Source of the DNA: Balanoglossus misakiensis
Lineage: Eukaryota; Animalia; Hemichordata
Assembly (NCBI GenBank): GCA_040954595.2
Contig: CM082589.2
Location: 3,300,213 to 3,364,212, forward strand
Reading direction: 5' to 3'
DNA length: 64,000 nt
In this document: positions 40,301-49,857 of the stretch, in pieces
Numbering within the stretch: position 1 is the first letter of the stretch
Layout: each line of letters starts with the position of its first letter
Translations under genes and position numbers: made by a program
The notes under the pieces: generated by a model
Told to the model about the DNA's origin: nothing
The model's input: only the letters and a program-made list of their open reading frames with translations
Databases searched by the model: none

Positions 40301-42671
40301 CAGACATTAAAATGAAATTCCTCTAGAGACCAATAAAAGAGCCTATGATATACGAGTCATGTCCTTTCTCAGGAATACATTCACGGTTTGAGAGAAATGA
40401 AAAATAGATAAAAAGTTTTTTTGCATCAGCTTCATTAACTATTCTGGTACATACAACATGTACGTCAGTCAGCAATGTGCTATTTAGTGAAATATTTATA
40501 AGTCGGGGTCATCCTTCCAACAAAGTGCTCTCTAGTTAACCAGTTATCAGTCTCAAGTGTCTGTTTACAGAATTGTTTGTTACCATGGAGATAAACACAC
40601 AGTTCATTTCCTAGCAACTGCCGATGATTAAGTATTTTTGGTCTTTATTTTCGCATAACGTTTGGCACACATACATGTACATGTACACACGTAGCAGGAA
40701 TATTTCAATATCAAAGCTCCCCGTGTTGAACTGTTCTGATTTCAATCTCACGATCTAAGTCGCTTGCTGAATTCAGCCCAAGTAATTTCCGGTCATCAAT
40801 AATATCGTGCTTCTCTTTTCCGTCTGTATAAATTGTTCCCTTCTTTTTCATAAACCACATCACAATGAAGCTGTTTTTCGCAGCTACTATATGTAAGTTC
40901 AAATATTGGATTGAGAGAGAGTTTGAAGGATGAGAGGATGAGAATGTTACATTAAAATGAATTGATGGTGAGGTATTTATTCTAATAGATGGATATGGAT
41001 GGAGGAGTAATACTGGCAGGTCTGGAAGATGCGATGAAGATTGGGAAGAGCAGACGGATGAGGGAATCAGAGGGTGGGATAGACTGGAAGTGGAAGATCC
41101 ATCACTCAACACACTCTCTGGTGATCTCCATGCATCATTCCATCAGCAGTATTAGCCATTGTCATGATATCAACCAGGGCTCGAGCTAACCAAGGAAATT
41201 TAGGTCTGACTTGTACAATATCCACATTTCCACTTTAATTATAAGTTTCTTTTAAGAAGTCAGAGCTCCACTATACATAAGGACAGATCGTATCAAGTCA
41301 AAAGATAAAACATCAACAAAAGGATGATTAAAGACCATTCATTAAAGACACTATAATTATAATAGTGTTAAACTTATTCCCAAGGGTGTACTTAATCAAA
41401 GTTTTCATTGCACAGTATCCAGTCTTAATTAACTGTATCGCCCTCTGGGGAAATCTCTCACACCTCTGTATGTTAATTAACGTCTACTAATACTACATTG
41501 TACCGTACTAGAGGAGTGTGCAATCTAGTGCATAGCTGTACTGAATCATGGGGAGCATTTCAAATTTCTTGTTGCCATAGAAATAACTGTATACACAAAA
41601 ATAAGGAGATAATTTCTGAAGAGATAATTAAACCATAGCCTAAGAATGGAGTTATTAACGCAACAGTCTGGCTTTTATGTAATTTTTCTGGATAACTGGA
41701 ACATCTTAGGCATGACAAAAGCGTACTGAGAATAGATCTGTGGTATGGCTAGAGGGCAGGTCAGTTTTGAGCTTTTAGTACAATAGTACTTCACATCAAT
41801 GGAACATGTATACATGTACATGCAATGCTACAGGGCAGGTCACAAGCTGTGTTCTTTACTACTCTGAGCTCTTTTGATTGTTACGTAATACGTGTATCTT
41901 TCAAGAGAGGTTCGAGTAGAGACCTTTCTCTAAACCATAACTGCCTGTACTATGGGACTAACCGGTAAACCAAACTGCTATGTTCGGTTAATCTGTACAA
42001 TGCAGTTCAATCAGACTCACCTTTTGTCCATCCCCAGTGAAGAGTCTAAACACTTGCATTTTGAACATGTCACTGATGTCCTGCAGTAGATTTTCAAACG
42101 TATGCGCCGATCTGCGATTTAACAGCAACAGGTGTTTAATCTCTGGCTCTCCATTCTTACAAACACATATTTTCTTCGGCCTCTTGAAATCGGGCGGGGG
42201 AGCAGACGCCGCGCCCGGGGAGGTGCCCACGCCCAGCACAAAGTCTCTGTCGTCCGGCAAACTGCGGACGGAGCGTCTACGAACAGCTAAGAATCGCGCT
42301 TGGTTCGGCGTTAGAATCCTCGCGTTGTGCCAGGCTTTCGGCGATTTGATCTTGGTCACGTCCAACGGCTTCGGTTTCTTGGTCGACGAGAGAACGTACG
42401 CCCGGCCGTCCTCCAGCTGGTCGACTTGCTCGATTCCGTGAATTCCTCCCGGAGTGTAAATGTTGCGGACGCCGAACGGCAGCGAGACCTTGGCGCTCAG
42501 TTCGTTCAGCAGCGTGTCGATGCTGCGATATTTCCTCTGCGAGACGGCCAGCTGCAGACCAGTGAAGTTGTTGTCGCCGCTTTTGTAGAACATCACTTTC
42601 TTTGCCTTGGATTTCCTGCCAATGCCGGTGCCACCCCCTGGGGGTGGGGGTTCTGGTGGTGTTGGATTCAT
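5866..42671 (-). CDS. RP1: Giant RP1/RP1L1-family protein (oxygen-regulated protein 1-like / LOXHD1-like): 2 DCX + 2 PLAT + beta-trefoil region + Pro-rich linker + 32 PLAT + acidic tail; about 90 coding exons
   Basis: ATG at 42671 opens a tandem DCX exon ([15 protein letters not shown]...[30 protein letters not shown]) that is typical of RP1/RP1L1. The downstream exons follow GT-AG phase through repeated PLAT motifs (YxVxVx[21 protein letters not shown]; EAV.LG.L.K..IGHD..GW; RWL...EDD...RELP) to the TAG at 5866. Confidence 0.88.
6219..6637 (-). repeat. Coding tandem duplication, two copies of a 207-bp (69-aa) unit inside the acidic tail
   Basis: aactttctcgcctccatcatcttttgcatcatcacca at 6394 and 6601 (offset 207); [35 protein letters not shown] occurs twice. 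Confidence 0.9.
7138..7182 (-). repeat. Coding trinucleotide repeat (AAC/AAT)15 encoding poly-Asn
   Basis: att/gtt run on the + strand, read as N15 in the terminal exon. Confidence 0.9.
7255..33230 (-). CDS. RP1-like gene: array of 32 PLAT (LH2) domains (PLAT3-34) as 16 alternating A/B pairs
   Basis: A-type repeats start (G/N)EWx(V/L)xxxT and end WxSRxEDDxDIxRELP. B-type repeats start LKYxVxVxTG, contain GxRGDxGxRxL and EAVxLG, and end RWLDxGxDDxKIER. They alternate without a break by my count. Confidence 0.85.
20318..20375 (-). mobile_element. Partial copy of the TTAA/piggyBac-type MITE
   Basis: attgttttctatc...ggacctctatagaggaaactgagggtgaaagggttaa is the reverse complement of the first ~60 bp of the 32878 copy. 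Confidence 0.7.
32878..32970 (+). mobile_element. Full-length copy of the TTAA/piggyBac-type MITE (intronic)
   Basis: ttaaccctttcacccccatttccctctatagagatcc...ttggaccaaaacattgtggtgaaaaggtaaa, with terminal inverted repeats. Confidence 0.75.
33353..34595 (-). CDS. RP1-like gene: Pro/Ser-rich linker exons (34482-34595, 33889-34071, 33353-33439), all phase 1-1
   Basis: Exon lengths are 114, 183 and 87 nt with GT-AG ends; they encode [25 protein letters not shown] and PPPRPESPP. Confidence 0.7.
33831..33877. repeat. Imperfect (CA)n microsatellite
   Basis: acacacacac...cacacaca, seen directly. Confidence 0.85.
34813..34946. repeat. (GAAT)n tetranucleotide microsatellite, intronic
   Basis: About 130 bp of gaatgaat with two ctact interruptions. 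Confidence 0.95.
34986..36507 (-). CDS. RP1-like gene: tandem beta-trefoil (fascin/FGF-like) region, exons 36372-36507, 36012-36115, 35710-35883, 35294-35509, 34986-35163
   Basis: In-phase exons with trefoil-like motifs ([30 protein letters not shown]; [17 protein letters not shown]; [26 protein letters not shown]; [18 protein letters not shown]). The fold is assigned by pattern only. Confidence 0.7.
36795..38437 (-). CDS. RP1-like gene: PLAT1 and PLAT2 (6 exons)
   Basis: [28 protein letters not shown]...; [33 protein letters not shown]...[16 protein letters not shown]. Confidence 0.88.
39391..42671 (-). CDS. RP1-like gene: tandem doublecortin domains (exons 42021-42671 and 39391-39553)
   Basis: DCX1 [11 protein letters not shown]...RAYVLSS; DCX2 [12 protein letters not shown]...[19 protein letters not shown]...[11 protein letters not shown]. 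Confidence 0.93.
40562..40618. promoter_or_regulatory. Intronic RFX + forkhead (FOXJ1-type) motif module
   Basis: TGTTTAC 40562-40568, X-box-like GTTACCATGGAGAT 40579-40592, TAAACAC 40592-40598, X-box-like ATTTCCTAGCAAC 40606-40618. Confidence 0.55.
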
Positions 42672-43520
42672 CTTTTCAAATTCTGTCAAAGAAGAAGAAG
42701 ATTCATCGTTAAGCTTTGATTACTCTCTTCCAAAACTGATCTTGCCAAATCATTATGAAAATGCCAGATTAGGAATGAAGATGACACTGAGAATCTTTCT
42801 GCAACATACTCATGCACAACTATAGTACTCCACTGCAGTAATCTATACAAATAGGTTCTCTGAAAGACTTATGTGGTCTGAGCCATTGTAATGGTCCAAC
42901 CAGACAGCAAAGAAAATGACGTACTTAAATTTTATTACATTAAAAATAGCAGGCCACAAAGTTCTAAATAGTGTTTTCAAGCAGGTATGGAACTAAAAAA
43001 CCACAACTTTACAACAACACCCACCACTGATAGCACAACAAAATTTCCCAAGTTTTAGTAAGTTCAGACTTGCCTAAGTAAGAATGGTACATGTATCATG
43101 CACTGGAAAAAAAACTTCACCTTCCTTATATAGCGCAAGTATCTTCCAAATGTTCTCAGATCAGACTTGCGTTGCCTTTGCCATGTTTTCTAACTGTATC
43201 CTGTTATGTTTGGTTCAAACCTACCCCCTGACCTGATCTGACCCACAAGTCCTGACACAAGAGCATGAATGAATAAATTGTTCCAGTCGAGAAATCGGCG
43301 TACTTAAAAACAGATCACGCAGTTCCGGTTGAACGAGCAGCTTTTGTGAGCGATCGTTCTTTCTGTTGCTGGAAACAAAACTATCATCTGTTCCAATACT
43401 GTATTAGGGTCAGCAGCTGCAACTTTCGTGGAAAAGTTTGTGAAAATTTCCATGCGAGACATGATCGCCTTTTGTCGAAACACTCCCACGTATCTTTTAA
43501 GGTGACACCAAAGGATTCAC

Positions 43521-44052
43521 ACCGCTAGGCAACAGTTGCTATGGATAATTTTCAAATCAACCAAACTGCACAAAGTTTTGTGGATCTTCTGTTAATGAGA
43601 AAGACGCATACAAATCAAACAGACACAAGATTTAGTGCTTTTGCCCTGTCATACCAAATTTCTAGGAAAAAGTATTTTTAGTTTTATTCTCCTCATAAAT
43701 TTTAAATTTCCAATTTGTGAATCACTGAATGTATGGCACTGCAAAGTACAAGCAAACTTCAACCTACATGTTATGTCTAATAAATTAATGGCGACCACAA
43801 AAACAGTAATTCCCCGCCAAATGTTAATCTCAAATGATGACTATTGCCATGGTTACACACAAAACAAGGAAGCCAGATCAAGCACTTCAGTCAGATTTGT
43901 TGGGTATCAGGATTAAAACATGGCTTACGCCCTACACAACACACCTGATGCAGCACTGCCTTGCTTGACAGGCTTATAAAGTACCTCGAATGATCGTTTA
44001 TATAAATTTCAGTAGATTTACTTTTCTGTGTGTACAGTCATTGCCTAGCAAC
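43521..44052. promoter_or_regulatory. Cluster of RFX X-box-like motifs upstream of the DCX exon (likely ciliary promoter/enhancer)
   Basis: CTAGGCAAC plus GTTGCTATGGATAAT (43525-43549), ATTGCCATGGTTAC (43843-43856) and ATTGCCTAGCAAC (44040-44052); also GTTGCCATAGAAAT at 41571-41584. Confidence 0.6.
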
Positions 44053-45188
44053 GGTAGCTCTTGATACACGTGTTGGGTTAGGTTTGTTTGTTTGTGTTGT
44101 ATTGCGATAGCGACAGGGGATATTACGCGTTGGGAATTTTCACAAGTGCGGAAAAGCGAACACTCCATTCATCCTCAAAAGCATGTATCATACACTGAAG
44201 CAATTATGTAGACTGATACTTTTTTATTGTTGTAGCGATGTTTCAATTGTGCGCGTCGCGAATACACGTTTTGTTATCCTGCGATAGCGGAATTATGCAG
44301 CACGCAGCCAAGCAACTGCAAATCAATAGCTTATCAGAAAGCCAGAAGGGATCTCTATTTAAGACTCGCCATTACTGTGTAGTTGAGATTGCGGTCATTC
44401 AAAATCAGAGCGACAGCATTTTCTCATCTACCGTCGATATCATTACGCATCACAATTTACGCACATCTGCATTTTGTTTGATTTTTACTTTTTATTCAAA
44501 ATCATAAAGCAAATATTGATTTTCCAGGTCAACTTCTGTGTAGTAATCTTATACAATCCCTAGAGCAAACATTCACAAGTATTCTTGTTCCGCATTTTGA
44601 ATTTCAGAAAAATTTATCGTACATGTACATGAATATATTTTTAAAATTAAATTTTAAATATTAAATCACAAAGAATATCAACATTAGCTGTTGTCATGGC
44701 GTTTACAATCACAGTCATCAGACCCATATCATGATATTGATTATTCATTTTCTAGGATACAATATATGATAGCAACTGTACAAACGCAGATGGGGGCTGA
44801 GAAAAGCTGATGTGACCTAATGGAGAATAGGAGATGCCCTTATCTCCTTCCCATAAATTAAGCTGTTAAATCTGCCTGTACTAACGAGACTGTGTTACCT
44901 ATGAAACTCTACTTTCAACAAAGTAAATTGCTATTCCTATTTTTTCATTAGTTGCTACTGCCACACTGACGATAGGGAATCAGATGAATGAACTTTGACA
45001 CGCGACAACCATGACAACGGATGATTGCTAACCATATGACCTGATGTACCCCTGATCTTGACAACCAACACAAATATTACAAAACAACAAATCTGTACTT
45101 TGGTACGTCACATGGTACTAAATGCCACAAGAGCAAGAAGCTGACACGGACAGGACAATATGTACAAACTACAAGTCCTGGTGACAGA

Positions 45189-45437
45189 ATACGCCCCCTG
45201 CGAATCTGGTGAACGGAAGTCCGGTATTTGAGCGATGGGCCAAGCATTTATCACATACACGTTACCCACAAGCAGTGGCTAAAATGACATTTCATGAATA
45301 CGCACTTCAGTAGTTTCCACGTCTTGTATGTAGTTGTCAAAATTAAACAAAGAGTGGTATTTCGAGAGCGTCACTTTCAAATACCGGACTTCCGATATAC
45401 GGTGAACATATATCTGCAAGATTCGCAATGGGCGTAT
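45189..45437. mobile_element. ~250-bp fold-back element (MITE-like) with bipartite terminal inverted repeats
   Basis: atacgccccctgcgaatct (45189-45207) vs agattcgcaatgggcgtat (45419-45437), 17/19 complementary; plus a perfect 18-bp inverted repeat, cggaagtccggtatttga (45214-45231) / tcaaataccggacttccg (45377-45394). Confidence 0.75.
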
Positions 45438-47441
45438 AAACTGCCAACATTTACATTTGTATCTTGTGGCAAATACAAACACATTTTTAATGGGAACACG
45501 TGTTTTGCAAACATTTGAGAGATTAAGATCACATCAATTTTGCAATTCATTGAGAGAACAAATTTCTCCACTGTCGCTACATGTTAATTTATGGTTGGGG
45601 GGGGGGGGCACTTTTACTAATCATGGGGGGGCATGTTTAAGTGTCTACATATTTAAGTGCAACAGTGTTTGCTAATTTCTCTCTGACCACACCCTTTACA
45701 TTATTTATTTATGTTTAATTCTATATCTGGGAAGTTTTTCCATCTATCTGCTGCTATGTGTAATCAGACATCTAAATTAAACATTAATCATTTCTGAGCT
45801 GTAATTATTAACAGTGAATCTATAAAACATAAATAGTTCTAGGCTGTAAATTGTAATAATAGTGATCAATATTTCACTTTTAATATTTCTGTGTGGTGTG
45901 TATTTCAATGTGATGAATTTTATATTTTGCGTCCTTAATAATTCAACTGAACATTTAATCATCTGGATAAAAGCTTACTACCGGTAGGCCTGCAAATTCA
46001 TTACCAATCTAAATGCAAATTCTGGATATTCTGTAGAGGATGTTTTCTGTAAGGTATAGGGTGTCTGGGGAAAATGTTGGCCACAACTGAGCAGAGATAG
46101 GACAGATGTGTAATGTTTAATCCTGAATTGAAGATTTACCGACATTACTATCTGCAACCTGACTAGGCAAATAAACGTTTCCAGCTTTAGAATTCCTAAT
46201 CATGATATATACATGTTCTCAATCAAAACCGCCAATGTATTAAATTTATAGGAAGGAACTGACTGTGGGACATGCAAAAATGCTTCCTTTATTAATATAT
46301 GGTTGAGAATAGACGTTTTATCACACTGCAATGAACATTACCTGACTGTAACTTAGATGAACAGACTCTTGAATCAATATCATATTGTCTTCTCAATGCC
46401 TGAATTTTCATACAATCTCTTTTCTAAAGACTTTGCACATCTCCACTCCATCCAAAAAGACTGGCCTTCATCGAAATAAGGACAAATTAGCAATTTGTTT
46501 TCATTGTGCTGTCAAAAAGAAGTTTCAGATTCCACATTATAAGCAGGCCTTGAACATAAGATCACCTTCGATCAATACACAATGTCACAGACATGATTTG
46601 GCCCAATACATGGTTCCAGGTATATATTTGACTTTGAGATAAAGAATCTTGTTTGGCCTCAAATCAAATGCAAGCACTGTAGTAACAACTAACATGCTTT
46701 TTACTATTTCCGAAGCAGTAACTGTAACAGCAATTTAAGTCAACTAGAGACTTTACACTAGGTTTGAGCAGACCTTGTATTATTTTGATCAATAACAACG
46801 TGTGTGTGGCAACTTAAGAATACAGCCAAAAGGCGTATATGACACCACGTTTTGTGATTCTGTTTGTTATAGTTACAATGGCCAAAACAGTTGCAATTCA
46901 CAAGCAGCAGTCAACGACTTTTCTGGTGTCATATAGCAACCTTTTACGGGTTGTTCATTTGATGGGTAATTCTTTCTTCGCCTAGTTCAACTGTGTCCGT
47001 ACATACAATCAATATATCTCTATCCATGTGGCTCATATCTTGGCTACGCTATTGTCTGACGAGAAAAGATTACGTCACTTAATAGTAAATTATTGAGGAC
47101 TGATCAATATTTGGCTTGCACGTAACTTACATCTGTAAGATATGTCAGAAATGAAACTAACACACTGTATCGTAGTACCAAAAATACTGACCTGATTAAC
47201 TGATTGGTTTTCGTTACTTAGTACACATACGTACATATCAGAAATTCTTGCCGGAATCATTGTGGAATGTGTCTACTTTATATATTTCACAATGAACTCA
47301 CACCAGGACACACTCACTGTGACAGCAGACATACTAAACTGAACTAGTGTGTAATAAACACACCATGACCTTAATGTGTTAATGTTCATATTAAGTGCTA
47401 CGGCTGGTCACTATACAGCATACCATAGCGTGCGTACTCAC

Positions 47442-47600
47442 CTGGATACGATTTCTGTTGCTTGGACTCAGTTACGGTTAAATCTCCACATTCTTACAAA
47501 ACTCTCCCAGCTTTTGAAATCTTAATGCCTCTGGTCCCAGATCGCCATTTTGCATATCGGTTATACTTCATAGGCTTAGTGGCGGCTGACAATTACACGC
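47442..47600 (-). other. Candidate non-coding first exon (5' UTR) of the RP1-like gene
   Basis: Strong donor CAG|GTGAGT at 47442/47441 in a CpG-containing patch. All ATG-initiated frames in it terminate before the donor. The 5' end is approximate. Confidence 0.4.
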
Positions 47601-49857
47601 CTGTTGTTGACATCAGTACACATAGAAACGCCTTTTGTTATGCAAATGTGCGCTCTACGAGGCAGCTGCTGGCGAGGGGGTTACACAACAACGGAGTTGT
47701 CTAAACACCGCCATCTGCAGTCAGAAAGCTAAAATTCAAGTGTTACAGGCAAAACCAGTCTCATATATTTCTAAGTCCCTTTAATGAGTTAAACATGTAA
47801 CACTCTGAAAGTATCACCCTATAAATCTATTCAAATCTGTAAGAAATTTAATTGTACATGTAGATCGTTAATGCATGTAGTAAACTGAATGACTTGACAT
47901 CGTAACATTGTTTAGCACCATTATAGAATACAACCAGGTGTATCTCTTACACAGTAACGTGTATATCTGTCTTTATTTGTGTTTCTATGAGTAAACTTCT
48001 TTAGATGTAGTTACATACTTCAATGCTGTACTGTATGCACTGTGTACTGTAACCACACAAAGTCAAAACAAATCAGCAAAAACCAAGTTTTCTTAACAAA
48101 ACACCGAACAGAATATATCTGAAAGGTTTTTATTCATTCATACACATTTACACAGTGTTGATGCCATTAAAGTTTAGTCAGTGATCATTTTTCGATGGAG
48201 GAAGTACAAATATAGTGTTGTACAGTCAGGCATAGTTTTAGCCGTTGAAGTGGGGGCCTGGGTAACCATTGATGTGACATGCTTCAGTCTATCCACGGCT
48301 AAGAGTCATTGGCCAAAGTATTCAGGATTCTGATTGGTGGATACTACCGGCAGTATATATTTCTTGAGTTGGATTGCAGTTAGGACACCCACCCCTTTAT
48401 TTTATAGATATACATCAGAGATGGGGAATAAAACAGAGTCAGTGCATGGTCAATTGGTCTGAAGTCTATGTTGACACCAGTACCTAGAGTGCAGAGTGTA
48501 ATTGACCAATCACATCTGCTGTTGTCTAGCTGTTTTAGGTGTAAAAAGTAATTGACCAATCAGAATTGTCAGGCCAGGGGTTATAACTAATTAGCATAAT
48601 ACCATCTCTAAGTGTATGCTATCTGAACTGTTTGTCCACCTACAATTTTCTATTTTAGCTGAGATTCAGAAACTCGAATGAAACCCACTAACTCCTTAAC
48701 GAAAGTACCAAAATTAAAGAGTAAAAACATCAAAAAAGTTGGTGCATATGCTGTGAATAATTACAAAAACTTACCTTCAAACGAGAGTGTACGAATGAAC
48801 TCAATAGGGTTCCAAAGTAGGTCATTGGTCAGATTCAATGTCCGACATCATTCTTGCAAAGAAAGAGGAAGATGCATAGAATTGATCTAATTATTGCAGT
48901 CATATATTTTCTGATTGTTCCATATTATAATTAACTCCATCATTAATAAAACACAAGGTATTAAAAGGGCCGACCATTCCTTTTTTCTCCACTTAAACGA
49001 AACGGACATTTTGGATGTAATAGACATGTGCCTGATTGAAAATGGACATTTTTGTTAAAAAACAAGATTCCTTGGTTTTTAACACGGTTTTGGCATTGAG
49101 AATTCCATTGTGACAACTTTGTACTAGCAAATTTATCAACAAAACCGAGGAAAGTCGAATGAACGTGATTCTTCACGGTCATACAGTGACTATCATCCAT
49201 AACAAAGTGTTAATGACATCTCACACAGAGACAGTTATATGTAAATTATACATCTTTTACCTCAATATACATCTACATCATATCGAAAGAGGTGCCGCAC
49301 GGACTTTATACTCTTCTTTTTTGTCCTAAAAACGACAAAATGTGGTCTTCTGTCATCAAAATCAAGTGAGAGTCAAAGAGTAACAGGGAAGATGGAGAAA
49401 CGCCGCCAGATTTTTGAACGAACGCAACTATTATGAAGGTCATGTCAGGTCAGGGCAGGTCATCTGAGTTTACGAATGTGTTAATGGTTTTGTTTTGTCT
49501 TATTTTGAGTTGTTTTGCATTGCATTGTATTTTATTGTATCTATTGTAAGTTTCTTTGTTTTGTTTTTTGTAAAGGTCATTCCATTGGTGTACATGGAAC
49601 ACATTTGCTGTTTCTCAACCAATTTTGTTTATTTACTGATTCTTTTACCATAAAACCAAATAAATCCTCCTAGCAAATACTTATTTCACCCTTTTCTCGG
49701 TGAGAAAGATTGCATAATGAAATATGTGTGACAAGATATGTAATTAAAAGAACCTTTCAGTACCCCTCCCCCACTGAAGAAATGGTTGACTCCAAAAAAT
49801 GTCTTGTGACCTCTTGTCGTGACCTGACATGTAACCTACATAAACACTTACTTCAAG

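Noticed and set aside
40711-41189. 133-aa minus-strand and 66-aa plus-strand ORFs in the RP1 intron
   Set aside because: Low-complexity purine-rich sequence with no domain motif and no convincing splice sites linking it to the gene.
43304-43489. 61-aa minus-strand ORF as an N-terminal extension of RP1
   Set aside because: It stops at the putative donor, and the frame that would join the DCX exon has no ATG. At most it is a 5' UTR exon with a uORF.
44100-44510. CpG-rich segment with recurring GCGATAGCG
   Set aside because: Probably a transposon remnant, but no termini or coding remnant could be defined.
48790-48860. C/D-box snoRNA-like motifs on the minus strand (ATGATG...CTGA)
   Set aside because: The C box is non-canonical, there is no terminal stem and I could not identify an rRNA-complementary guide.
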